Source: Tubiluchus corallicola
Taxonomy: Eukaryota; Animalia; Priapulida
Direction of reading: 5' to 3'
Length of the DNA stretch: 21,912 bases
Assembly: GCA_030141605.1 (NCBI GenBank)
Contig: JAQGDQ010001896.1
Location: 1 to 21,912 of the forward strand
In this document: positions 1-12,271 of the stretch, in pieces
Numbering within the stretch: the stretch's first letter is position 1
Layout: the number at the start of each line of letters is the position of its first letter
Position numbers and translations under genes: made by a program
The notes under the pieces: model-generated
The model's input: only the letters and a program-made list of their open reading frames with translations
The model's database searches: none
What the model was told of the DNA's origin: nothing

Positions 1-3000
1 AAAGACTTGCATTAGCAATATAAAATGATATTATAAATGCACACACGTAGGGCCTACAAAGACTTGCATTAGCAATATAAAATGATATTATAAATGCACA
101 CACGTAGGGCCTACAAAGACTTGCATTAGCAATATAAAATGATATTATAAATGCACACACGTAGGGCCTACAAAGACTTGCATTAGCAATATAAAATGAT
201 ATTATAAATGCACACACGTAGGGCCTACATAGACTTGCATTAGCAATATAAAATGATATTATAAATGCACACACGTAGGGCCTACAAAGACTTGCATTAG
301 CAATATAAAATGATATTATAAATGCACACACGTAGGGCCTACAAAGACTTGCATTAGCAATATAAAATGATATTATAAATGCACACACGTAGGGCCTACA
401 AAGACTTGCATTAGCAATATAAAATGATATTATAAATGCACACACGTAGGGCCTACAAAGACTTGCATTAGCAATATAAAATGATATTATAAATGCACAC
501 GCGTGGGGCCTACATAGACTTGCATTAGCAATATAAAATGATATTATAAATGCACACACGTAGGGCCTACAAAGACTTGCATTAGCAATATAAAATGATA
601 TTATAAATGCACACACGTAGGGCCTACAAAGACTTGCATTAGCAATATAAAATGATATTATAAATGCACACACGTAGGGCCTACAAAGACTTGCATTAGC
701 AATATAAAATGATATTATAAATGCACACACGTAGGGCCTACATAGACTTGCATTAGCAATATAAAATGATATTATAAATGCACACACGTAGGGCCTACAA
801 AGACTTGCATTAGCAATATAAAATGATATTATAAATGCACACACGTAGGGCCTTCATAGACTTGCATTAGCAATATAAAATGATATTATAAATGCACACA
901 CGTAGGGCCTACAAAGACTTGCATTAGCAATATAAAATGATATTATAAATGCACACACGTACCTACAAAGACTTGCATTAGCAATATAAAATGATATTAT
1001 AAATGCACACACGTAGGGCCTACAAAGACTTGCATTAGCAATATAAAATGATATTATAAATGCACACACGTAGGGCCTACAAAGACTTGCATTAGCAATA
1101 TAAAATGATATTATAAATGCACACACGTAGGGCCTACAAAGACTTGCATTAGCAATATAAAATGATATTATAAATGCACACACGTAGGGCCTACAAAGAC
1201 TTGCATTAGCAATATAAAATGATATTATAAATGCACACACGTAGGGCCTACATAGACTTGCATTAGCAATATAAAATGATATTATAAATGCACACACGTA
1301 GGGCCTACAAAGACTTGCATTAGCAATATAAAATGATATTATAAATGCACACACGTAGGGCCTACAAAGACTTGCATTAGCAATATAAAATGATATTATA
1401 AATGCACACACGTAGGGCCTTCATAGACTTGCATTAGCAATATAAAATGATATTATAAATGCACACGCGTGGGGCCTACATAGACTTGTATTAGCAATAT
1501 AAAATGATATTATAAATGCACACACGTAGGGCCTACAAAGACTTGCATTAGCAATATAAAATGATATTATAAATGCACACACGTAGGGCCTTCATAGACT
1601 TGCATTAGCAATATAAAATGATATTATAAATGCACACACGTAGGGCCTACAAAGACTTGCATTAGCAATATAAAATGATATTATAAATGCACACACGTAG
1701 GGCCTACATAGACTTGCATTAGCAATATAAAATGATATTATAAATGCACACACGTAGGGCCTACAAAGACTTGCATTAGCAATATAAAATGATATTATAA
1801 ATGCACACACGTAGGGCCTACATAGACTTGCATTAGCAATATAAAATGATATTATAAATGCACACACGTAGGGCCTACAAAGACTTGCATTAGCAATATA
1901 AAATGATATTATAAATGCACACGTAGGGCCTACATAGACTTGCATTAGCAATATAAAATGATATTATAAATGCACACACGTAGGGCCTACATAGACTTGC
2001 ATTAGCAATATAAATGATATTATAAATGCACACACGTAGGGCCTACAAAGACTTGCATTAGCAATATAAAATGATATTATAAATGCACACACGTAGGGCC
2101 TACAAAGACTTGCATTAGCAATATAAAATGATATTATAAATGCACACACGTAGGGCCTACAAAGACTTGCATTAGCAATATAAAATGATATTATAAATGC
2201 ACACACGTAGGGCCTTCATAGACTTGCATTAGCAATATAAAATGATATTATAAATGCACACACGTAGGGCCTACAAAGACTTGCATTAGCAATATAAAAT
2301 GATATTATAAATGCACACACGTAGGGCCTACATAGACTTGCATTAGCAATATAAAATGATATTATAAATGCACACACGTAGGGCCTACAAAGACTTGCAT
2401 TAGCAATATAAAATGATATTATAAATGCACACATGCAGGGCCTACATAGACTTGCATCAGCAATATAAAATGATATTATAAATGCACACACGTGGGGCCT
2501 ACATAGACTTGCATTAGCAATATAAAATGAAATTATAAATGCACACACGTAGGGCCTACATAGACTTGCATTAGCAATATAAAATGATATTATAAATGCA
2601 CACACGTGGGGCCTACATAGACTTGCATTAGCAATATAAAATGATATTATAAATGCACACACGTGGGGCCTACATAGACTTGCATTAGCAATATAAAATG
2701 ATATTATAAATGCACACACGTAGGGCCTACATAGACTTGCATTAGCAATATAAAATGATATTATAAATGCACACACGTAGGGCCTACATAGACTTGCATT
2801 AGCAATATAAATGATATTATAAATGCACACAGGTAGGGCCTACATAGACTTGCATTAGCAATATAAAATGATATTATAAATGCACACACGTGGGGCCTAC
2901 ATAGACTTGCATTAGCAATATAAAATGATATTATAAATGCACACACGTAAGGCCTACATAGACTTGCATTAGCAATATAAAATGATATTATAAATGCACA

Positions 3001-3035
3001 CACGTAGGGCCTACATAGACTTGCATTAGCAATAT
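1..3035. repeat. 57-bp tandem satellite/minisatellite array, about 53 copies, truncated at the window start
   Basis: Unit AAAGACTTGCATTAGCAATATAAAATGATATTATAAATGCACACACGTAGGGCCTAC repeats head-to-tail with few variants (AAAGAC/ATAGAC, GTAG/GTGG, CCTTC). The ORFs at 854-3003 are artefacts of the 57 = 19x3 period. Confidence 0.98.
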
Positions 3036-3111
3036 TTCCGTGTATCTTTCAACGCTCTGTTATTGGAACACTCAAAATTTTGATTTCAAGAACGTGTCAG
3101 AACCTGTCAGA

Positions 3112-3219
3112 TGAGTTAAAGTGGGCGTGGTCTTTGCGAAGCCAACTTGAGTTAAAGTGGGCGTGGTCTTTGCGAAGCCAACTTGAGTTAAAGTGGGCGT
3201 GGTCTTTACGAAGCAAACT
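3112..3219. repeat. 36-bp tandem repeat, 3 copies
   Basis: TGAGTTAAAGTGGGCGTGGTCTTTGCGAAGCCAACT at 3112, 3148 and 3184 (the third copy has 2 substitutions). Confidence 0.95.
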
Positions 3220-3753
3220 TTTTATAAAATGATGACACTGTTTAATCAGTTTTGTATTGACGACCGTATTACCGTCTCTGGCAAGTTAACTACGTTACTG
3301 ACGGCTTGCATAAGTCATTAGGCTTCTTGCTCAGCAAAATTATTAAATGTTAAATTTACTATTTTTATAGTTAATTATTTTGCTAAAAATCTTAGTTTTT
3401 GTACTATTATGTACTAATTGTTTTAATAATGTAAATAAATTCCTTTGAATTGATTAACCCACTACAGCTTGGTAGTTGTGCAACTGGGTAAGAGTTTAGC
3501 TCAGCATGAAACTGGCTTTCTATGTGAATTCAAGTTTAAAAATTCTGTTATGTTGTAGCTTTAACGAGCGGTTACTATTTCACTGAAAACTGATTCATTG
3601 ATAATCAGTAACTCACCTAATCGAGTATAATTCTAGTTTTTTCAACTGGTAGTAATCTAGTTATAATAAATGGAGGAATATTCCCGGAAATGATTTAATT
3701 CGTTTGTGTGCAGATGGTATTTGTAGAGTTTCAGGTTCGGCAATCTTTGAGTT

Positions 3754-4375
3754 AGAGGAAGACAGGATGATTTTCCACACTACCCCATTTTCAAATCCGT
3801 TAAAAGTACACATGTTAACACCAGTAATACTGTAAAAACGTTTCTGATAATTAAATGGTAGATTAAAATCTTAATCAACGGCGGGCGAGCCCAACTATTA
3901 ATGACATCACAAACTAACATAATTTTCAATAGCAAAAATATTTCACGAGCGTGTTCCACGTGATTGCGAAAGAGAAAATTGAAGTACAGTGCAACTGTAA
4001 GATGTTCAGTGTGTTGTACTAAAACTAGGCAAGTTTTATGATAAAAATTCAAATTTCAAATTTACCGCTGTGCTCACGCATGAGCTGTCGAACGTGTGTA
4101 GTTCGTCACAAACTAACACATCTGAACTGAGAGGTACAGCACCAGTTTTTTGTGCAATGCGTTTCTGAAATGCAGGCGCTAGTGCCGGTCTAATTAGCGA
4201 ATGGCAAAATGTATGTAAGAGCGAAGAACTAGCGGCGCGAACGTGAAACTGTGTTCGTGTGATAATAATTCTTTCACGTAAGTCATTTTTGAAAAAATAG
4301 TATGTTTACTTTCGATATTTTAGACAGTAGGTTGTTTTGACCTACAGTTTAAGATTAAGTCCGGTTTTGCTTTAA
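3754..4375 (+). repeat. Unclassified dispersed repeat, copy A (inverted homologue at 18898-19950)
   Basis: Colinear reverse-complement similarity, e.g. TTCAGTGTGTTGTACTAAAACTAGGCAAGTTTTA vs TAAAACTTGCTTAGTTTTAGTACAACACACTGAA; CTGAACTGAGAGGT vs ACCTCTCAGTTCAG; AGAGGAAGACAGGATGATTTTCCA vs TGGAAAATCATCCTGTCTTCCTCT. Boundaries are approximate. Confidence 0.9.
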
Positions 4376-4649
4376 ATATTTTGTGAAAAGACCTTGTAAT
4401 TAACAATGAAGCCAAGTGTTTAAGAAACGGTTGGCAGACAGGGAAGCCGTGAAGAGGATGGATAGGATCAGTAGAGTGAGGACTGATATGCACTGATTAT
4501 TCGGCAGTCTGTTACTCAGATTTTAACGTTATTCGGTCATCAGATTTAATGCATTTGTATTTCGCTTGTTATTTATGACCAGGAAAATGGAAAATATTCT
4601 TTTAAGCTTATTACAGAATTGCTGAGATTTTTTATTACGTTTTTTGTAT

Positions 4650-4650
<1 letters not shown>

Positions 4651-4725
<75 letters not shown>

Positions 4726-4822
4726 TAATAATAATATTAATACAACCACAACCACAGCCACAGCCACATCAACAACAACAACAACAACAACAATAACAAC
4801 AACAACATCAACAACAACAGCA

Positions 4823-4853
<31 letters not shown>

Positions 4854-4925
4854 ATGCTGCTGCTGCTGCTACTACCACCGCCGCCGCCGCCGCCAGACGA
4901 CGACGACGACGACAACAACAACAAC
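4651..4925. repeat. Compound trinucleotide microsatellite (TAA)n-(ACA/CCACAG)n-(CTA)n-(GCT)n-(GCC)n-(GAC)n-(CAA)n
   Basis: Read directly; it explains the homopolymer ORFs at 4573-5097 and 4619-4987. Confidence 0.97.
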
Positions 4926-5903
4926 GTACTACGTTTTTACGTTTATTGTTTATTTTTACGTTTTTTCTATTAGTTTGCCTTCGCTGAATGGCAAGATGAT
5001 AGAAATAATGTAACTTATGTAGAACTGTGATCCTAATTTTTAACCTGATCAAGTAATTCTGATTATAAATATAAATAATCGGATTTGAGGAAGGCAAACG
5101 CAGGCAGAAACCAACTCAGCAGGATGAAGTTTCAATGGCAGGCGACAGGTGTGTGAAACAGAAGAACGTCTCTAATTCTGGCGCTGATGAAACCAAAGTT
5201 TAACCGAGTGACGGCCATTATTACTGCTGCTAGAAAAAACAAGTAATAAGACTTATTTCCTTGCAGGGAATTGGCATTTGCTTCAGAATTTTTGCTTGAC
5301 ACACGTTCTGTCTTTGTGCTAATAGAACTTAAAAGAGGAAAAAAGGGGTACCTGAAGTAGGTTTAAGAAAAATCGCTTTAAAAATTATATTGCTTCATAG
5401 CAACTTTATTATGCGTATATCGTATTCGCGTTGAAAGGATTTTTTGTTTGTTTTCATTTTAAATCTTCCGCAATACTGATCTGATCACGCCATTACGTGA
5501 CGTCATACACGCACAATGTAAATCAGGGGGTAGAAAAGGAAATGTTAAACTATGTCCCAAAAAACATTCCGCGCAAAGTCATAATGCTTAGCATTTCGCT
5601 CACCTGCTTGAAAGACTTATGTAACTAGAAAATAAAATTATTAATTATTTAAAATGTCTTCATTAAATAGCAAAATGTCGTTGACTCACCTCCAGGGTTC
5701 CCCACTCACTAACCAAAAAACGTATATAGATAAGATGCAGTAATTTAAAATTTTAATTAGTGACGTATGCGCTACGAATGCTCTGATTGTTTTTTCAAAC
5801 TTTATTCAGTGTTAACTAAACTTGTTTCAAATGAGTTATCGTAGAAAAGGGAGTGCCGTTCCGTCTGTTTATGTCATATTGTTGTCCATTGTACGGCTGT
5901 ACT

Positions 5904-7009
5904 CGGGCCCACCGAGAGGGGGAGGGTCAGCCGGGTGGCTCCCGGGGGCCCACAAACCATACGAGAAAAACGAGTGTGTACCTTAAGCAAGGCAAACAAA
6001 ATAAAATCTGTGCTTGAAAACGAAAAACCGTCTATAAATAATGTAAAATAATAATAATAGTAAAATAATAAAGAAATTATGCTCTAATTTTGTAATTGTA
6101 TGATGTAAGCTCAAGCTGTTTTTAAATCACAGTTCAAACAAATAAACAAGTAGAAAGCTGTTTTCTAAATCACAGTTCAAACAAATAAACAAGTAGAAAG
6201 CTGTTTTCTAAATCACAGTTCAAACAAATAAACAAGTAGAAAGCTGTTTTCTAAATCACAGTTCAAACAAATAAACAAGTAGAAAGCTGTTTTCTAAATC
6301 ACAGTTCAAACAAATAAACAAGTAGAAAGCTGTTTTCTAAATCACAGTTCAAACAAATAAACAAGTAGAGAGCTGTTTTCTAAATCACAGTTCAAACAAA
6401 TAAACAAGTAGAAAGCTGTTTTCTAAATCACAGTTCAAACAAATAAACAAGTAGAAAGCTGTTTTCTAAATCACAGTTCAAACAAATAAACAAGTAGAAA
6501 GCTGTTTTTTAAATCACAGTTCAAACAAATAAACAAGTAGAGAGCTGTTTTCTAAATCACAGTTCAAACAAATAAACAAGTAGAGAGCTGTTTTCTAAAT
6601 CACAGTTCAAACAAATAAACAAGTAGAAAGCTGTTTTCTAAATCACAGTTCAAACAAATAAACAAGTAGAAAGCTGTTTTTTAAATCACAGTTCAAACAA
6701 ATAAACAAGTAGAAAGCTGTTTTCTAAATCACAGTTCAAACAAATAAACAAGTAGAGAGCTGTTTTCTAAATCACAGTTCAAACAAATAAACAAGTAGAG
6801 AGCTGTTTTCTAAATCACAGTTCAAACAAATAAACAAGTAGAAAGCTGTTTTCTAAATCACAATTCATTATTTCATTTTTGTTGTACTGATTTCTTGCTT
6901 ATGACACGCCGTGGTGGACTTAGTTTGTTGCTAGAGAATTACTTGGAGAATTGTAGGAGGGGCCAAGTATCCTTTTGCACTAGGCGCCGACTAAGGTACT
7001 AGGGCCCTG
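5904..7009. mobile_element. Putative non-autonomous hAT-like element carrying an internal 43-bp minisatellite
   Basis: Ends CGGGCCC (5904) and GGGCCCTG (7009) form a short imperfect TIR. Flanks GCTGTACT (5896-5903) and GTTGTACT (7010-7017) match 7/8, as expected of an aged 8-bp TSD. Termini are GC-rich in an AT-rich background. Confidence 0.5.
6113..6862. repeat. 43-bp tandem repeat, about 17.5 copies
   Basis: Unit AGCTGTTTTCTAAATCACAGTTCAAACAAATAAACAAGTAGAA, with variants GAGAGC and TTTTTT. Confidence 0.97.
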
Positions 7010-7137
7010 GTTGTACTATACACGTAGACCTAAAGCCCGTGGTGGACTTAGTTTGAGTATCAATACTTGGAGAATTGTAGGAGGGAGCCAAATTTCCTTT
7101 TGCACTAAGCCAGGTTGTACTATACACGTAGGCCTAA
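6908..7137. repeat. Imperfect local tandem duplication (about 130 bp, then about 100 bp)
   Basis: CCGTGGTGGACTTAGTTTG...TACTTGGAGAATTGTAGGAGGG...TCCTTTTGCACTA...GGTTGTACTATACACGTAG occurs twice (about 6909 and 7037). Confidence 0.85.
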
Positions 7138-7902
7138 TACCCGATAAAAGTTGTAATTTACAGTATGTTGGGTTTAGGAAAGCTTTGCGTCGAGCATCAG
7201 GAATGGCAGCATGTCTTATTGCTTATCTGGAACATTGATTGCTTGACCTACAAAAAACTGTTTAAACACTTAATGAGCTTGTAAGCCAATGTAATTTTAA
7301 TTAGTTTGGCAGTTTTAAATCAGCATGTCAATCTCATCACACCAGATCGTATTTGTGTAAATTCTATGAAACAATGGCAAATTTAGCGATACTGATTTTA
7401 CTTGCAAGGAGTTATATGGGACTGTTTATTTTCTGCTGATATGCTGATCAATTTTTATTCTTGATGGAAGAAGTAATGATTTGGAAGTAATTAAGGCATT
7501 TATTAATTATGTTGAAAAAGCGTTTTTAAGACACGATGAACAATATACTATGTTATGATCATATCATTGAAAATGAGGCCTAATGAATGACAATTTATTT
7601 TAAATACTAATCATTGAACTTTTCATTAAATAGCTAATATAGCTAACAGAAAGATTTAACAACATTTGTTTAATTTCTAATTGTTTTGTTTGTATATAGT
7701 GTAATTTTATTTCATAATTGAAATTGTATATATGTGTTGTTTTTTTGTGTACTTCAAAATTGAAATTGTATGTATTTTTGGCACTAATAAACAAATAAAT
7801 AAATAGAATAAATAAATATTTTGAGCGAGTTACAAATGTTTTCGGTAGTGATAAACTTAAAATAATTTATATGATGAAGTTTTATATTTTATTAACTGAC
7901 TT

Positions 7903-8439
7903 CTCTTCTTCTTCAATGAATCACACGTCCAGGGACATGATTCTGCTCACCTCCCTATGCCAGATCATCATCATCATCATCCAATGAATCACACGTCCAG
8001 GGATATGATTCTGCTCACCTCCCTATGCCAGGACTCCCTACCCGCCGCAATGCCCCAAGTGGATTTATCTCTAAGAATCAATGCTGAAGTGTTTAAATCT
8101 TTCTGTGCAAAATGTAAATATGTTAACATTTGTCCTCCTGCAGGTTTTTTAGCTGGTTCTATGGCTTGTTGAAGAGCTATCTTCACTGGAACATCATCAG
8201 GTAGTCTAAGCATATGTCCAATTCATCTTAAATGACGTCTTTTTATTTTTCTTGTCCAAGGTTCATCTTTTATTTTTTCATATAGATCTTTGTTTGAAAT
8301 TTTCTTTGGCCATCTAATACCCAAAATGTTTCTGTAATTTCGCCTTTGAAACGCATCGATTTCAGCTTTATGATTTGCTTTTAATGTCCAGAGCTCAGAG
8401 TTATACAGAAATGAAACGGAAGTGGTGCTGACACAAGCC
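7903..8439 (-). mobile_element. 5'-truncated RTE-clade LINE (reverse-transcriptase ORF C-terminus, inactivated) with a duplicated 3' end
   Basis: Minus-strand translation FLYNSELWTLK...IDAFQRRNYRNILGIRWPKKISNKDLY...IKRRHLR*IGHMLRLPDD...AAGRESW matches the RTE C-terminal pattern (Y.SE.W...F.RR..R.ILGI.W...RLRW.GH..R), with the conserved W replaced by TGA. It ends in (GAT)n and (GAA)n tails. Candidate TSD ACTGACTT at 7895-7902 and 8440-8447. Confidence 0.85.
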
Positions 8440-8716
8440 ACTGACTTTAATTTTTTTAAACTAAAGTATTTTGTCTTAAATGCTCACCTGCTTATATTAA
8501 CTGACTAATTGATTTGTAAATAATGTGCGTGCAGTGTAGATCTTCAAGTTTATTTACTGGCTCTGAATTCAATTCATTCTTACTTTGTTGTTCAATTTCT
8601 GCTTAGTAACTACGTGAACCTGTAAGGTATGTGTATATTTTCCGTGTGTGTTTTTTAAGCAGGAATTTGATTTGTTTCAGAATCGGAGAGATGATAGGAG
8701 CATACGGTTACGTGTA

Positions 8717-8857
8717 ATGCCCGACCAGCAACAGAACGATTACCGGTTAGTTGTCTTAGGAGCTGGGGGAGTAGGAAAATCGTCTCTTGTCTTGCGATTC
8801 GTCAGGGGTACCTTCCGGGAAAGTTACATTCCGACGATAGAGGACACTTATAGACAG
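8717..8857 (+). CDS. DIRAS: Di-Ras family small GTPase, coding exon 1 (47 codons)
   Basis: [47 protein letters not shown] has the P-loop GAGGVGKS and effector loop YIPTIEDTY, closely resembling the DIRAS1/2 N-terminus. Donor CAG|GTATGT at 8857/8858; upstream acceptor TTGTTTCAG ends at 8680. Confidence 0.95.
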
Positions 8858-9145
8858 GTATGTAGGCTGTGCTGTTCCGTAGAAATTCGACAGTCACGTT
8901 GAAAGCAGCAAAAATGTCGTAATGATTTTTTAAATTCTGATCTGTACCAGGTTGCATTCATATTCAACAGATTTGCAAACTTTTTTGACAAATGATGCAA
9001 AATTAGAATAAAAAAATGTAATGCTTCTTTTGCATTTTGATGGGTTATAATTATGATACAAGTACCAAATATCTCATGTTATATAAAGTGTTATATACAG
9101 CTCTCTAGGGTCAGTAAAGTCAAGAAGGCCATTCAAGTATGGCAC

Positions 9146-9580
<435 letters not shown>

Positions 9581-9701
9581 TTCTTTATTGCTTTAAAATT
9601 GTAAATCAAGAATGGTAAACTACACATGGGAATAGATAGATTACCACAGAACACGTGACCTTGGTTCTACCCTTTTTCACACATGTTTTATGCTTTTATA
9701 G

Positions 9702-10160
9702 GTGATCAGTTGCAATCAGAACATCTGCACATTGCAAATTACTGACACAACAGGGAGCCACCAGTTTCCTGCCATGCAGCGATTGAACATATCTAAAGGA
9801 CACGCCTTCATCTTAATTTACTCCATTATGAGTAAGCAGTCATTTGAAGAATTGAAGCCAATATTCAACGACATCTGCGAGATAAAGGGTGATCTAGAAA
9901 ACGTGCCCATCATGCTAGTGGGTAATAAATGTGACGAAACAATGCGCGAGGTGTCGGTACAGGAGGGCATCGAACTCGCGCGCAAGTGGAACAGCGGTTT
10001 TGTGGAGACGTCGGCAAAGACGAATCACAACGTTCGCGAACTGTTTCGTGATCTGCTGCACTTGGATAAAACCCGGACGATGAGTTTGCAGCTGGAAACG
10101 AAAAAGACGAGGCGCCAAAGGCGGAAAGAGATGTTTGAGAACAAGTGTTGTGTAATGTGA
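9702..10160 (+). CDS. DIRAS: Di-Ras family small GTPase, coding exon 2 (total protein 199 aa, CaaX CVM preceded by a second Cys: KCCVM)
   Basis: Acceptor TTTTATAG|GTG at 9701/9702; the phase-0 join gives TYRQ|[28 protein letters not shown], the Di-Ras signature (DTTGSH instead of Ras DTAGQE). NKCD and ETSAK motifs, polybasic tail and C-terminal CCVM, TGA at 10158-10160. Confidence 0.96.
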   Translation: MISCNQNICTLQITDTTGSHQFPAMQRLNISKGHAFILIYSIMSKQSFEELKPIFNDICEIKGDLENVPIMLVGNKCDETMREVSVQEGIELARKWNSGFVETSAKTNHNVRELFRDLLHLDKTRTMSLQLETKKTRRQRRKEMFENKCCVM

Positions 10161-10342
10161 CGCTAACCTCCTCCTTTTAAATGAGGACAGACTAATTCAC
10201 AACATTCAGTTAGTGTAGTATGAACAGAATTTTAGTGAAAGGAGGGATACCTGGTGAGAACTTTGATGATGTAAAAATTGTATTATTTTGCAACTAATAG
10301 TAGAATACACTGTATTATTAGTACACTATGTTCAATCATAAT

Positions 10343-10850
10343 CAGGGTGCATAAGATTATGGATATGTATAAAATAAATAAAATAGCTTATTTTATGGAT
10401 TTTTGAAATTTTATTTTATGGATATCAATAAAATAAGAAATAGACTATATCTGGAACGAGATGCCCAGGGGGAAATCAATTAAAAAGTAAAAACAGGAGT
10501 TCTTGAAACGTGTTTTTAAACACGCAGGACTTAGTTTTAATATTATCGGTTTCGTTTTAATTTTATCGGTTTCATATCACTTCAAATTTAATCAAATTTT
10601 ACGAGACAATGCCTTGTAATTCATCACTTCAGTTCAAATAATTCATCTATTTGGTACGAATGTAGAATGCCCTCTAGGCTGAAGTTTCCGATCCAATGCC
10701 TGTATTCAGTTTTGATTGCCTTATTTTGTACAAAAAATCACAAAAAAATGTTTTTTTATTTTATGCATTTCTTATTTTATGGATTTTTCAAATTTTATTT
10801 TATGGATTTTTGGTCTTATTTTATGGATATCCATAATCTTATGCAGCCTG
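10343..10850. mobile_element. hAT-superfamily MITE (508 bp)
   Basis: TIRs CAGGGTGCATAAGATTATGGATAT and ATATCCATAATCTTATGCAGCCTG (1 mismatch in 24). Perfect 8-bp TSD ATCATAAT at 10335-10342 and 10851-10858. Repeated subterminal TTATTTTATGGAT motifs at both ends. Confidence 0.93.
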
Positions 10851-11220
10851 ATCATAATGCTTGTGTGAATCTGCGATGATGTTGCAAGTTCGGAAGTAGT
10901 AAATTCCCCGTCTTTGCCTTAAGTGGCCTGGCTAACCAGGCAAAATTAATGTTACTTCTCGAGTGGACGCTGTGAAGGATAGTCTCAAGTGACTGTCACC
11001 TAGTAAACCTCACCTCGTCTATTAGAGTAAGACGTTTGCGCAGGTGGCAGGTATCATGTTAGATAATTGCCGTTGGTTGATGACTTCTTGTTTAGTTTGT
11101 CTGTGCCAAATTATACACTTCATAAAGGTAACCTTAGAGGACAAGTGTTTCAGTTGAACAAAAAGTTGATCTTTTTATTTTTCGAGTTTAACTAATCCCG
11201 CAATAATAACAAGACAAGGG

Positions 11221-11498
11221 AAAAGTTAAGCAACGCCCAGTCTGGCCAGTAAATGGTTAGTTGACGATCCATTCTGTAGCCTCTGCCGCTAAGTGCTTAC
11301 AGAATGGTAAAACTCATTCCTTTGGTTGAGTTTTTTGAGAAAAATGTTAGGCAATCACAATAAGAACTGGAGAACGGATTATACTGTTAGAAAAAGTTAA
11401 GCAACGCCCAGCCTGGCCAGTAAATGGATAGTTAGTTGACAAACAATTAAAATGTTAGCTAATGACAATAAGAACTGGAGAACAGATTATACTGTTAG
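11221..11498. repeat. Tandem duplication with an internal deletion in the second copy
   Basis: AAAAGTTAAGCAACGCCCAG(T/C)CTGGCCAGTAAATGG at 11221 and about 11393; ACAATAAGAACTGGAGAAC(G/A)GATTATACTGTTAG ends at 11390 and 11498. Confidence 0.9.
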
Positions 11499-11922
11499 GA
11501 TAGTATGCGCATTTTAATGATTACACTGCTAAAATTACCTACCCCAGTGAATGATGATTTTTACATTATTTAAATGATTATATATTATTGAAAAGTTACT
11601 TCTTGCTGATATTCAAGCATTTGATATTTTGAAGATGCATCTTGAATTACTTATATTATGAATGACAGAGTGATGCTGCGTATTAGTCGTAATTAATCAT
11701 TTATATTTAGTCTGGCAACTATTGGCCTGTTTAATTGTACATAATTTTACTATATCACATGGGCTATATATGAATAAATAGTAAATATGAGCAAGTATTT
11801 ATGCATATAAATAATACTTTATAATAGTTAACACGTTTTCGTGTACCGACGTTTTTATACACGCGTTGATAATTAATTTAATTGTTTAATTATTTATTAT
11901 ACATTTAAAGACTCACAATTAT

Positions 11923-12246
11923 CATAATCGTACGAGCTGGGATGGGATGGGGGGGGGGGGCTGCAGCACCCCAGATTCAGGCAAACACCCTTTCTCGGGC
12001 AATCACCAAATTTTTCGGGCATCGGCCAAATGATGAAAAAAAATTAAAATAATATTTTCCATAAAAGGAAATCTGGAAATTTCTTCATGCCGCCAAATGA
12101 AGTGCCCGAAATTCGGGCGTTTTTTATTATGGAGGGGGGTGGGGTGGGGTGAGTTCTGCCAGTTCTTTTTTGGGGTTAGCACTGTACTTTTCGGGCAAAA
12201 GTGGCTCAGCCCCTCACCTCCTGGGAAATCGGCCCGTACGGCTATG
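11923..12246. mobile_element. Degenerate MITE-like element
   Basis: Left end CATAATCGTACGAGCTG vs reverse complement of the right end CATAGCCGTACGGGCCG (13/17, all differences transitions). GC-rich interior with G-runs and repeated TCGGGC motifs. No clear TSD. Confidence 0.55.
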
Positions 12247-12271
12247 AATATTCTACTGTATTTCATCCCAT

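Noticed and set aside
854-3003. Long repetitive ORFs (CAFIISFYIANASLCRPYV)n
   Set aside because: They follow from the 57-bp period being a multiple of 3 and are broken randomly by variant monomers.
5180-5220. CTGATGA motif suggesting a hammerhead ribozyme
   Set aside because: No stem II followed by GAAA and no flanking helices could be built.
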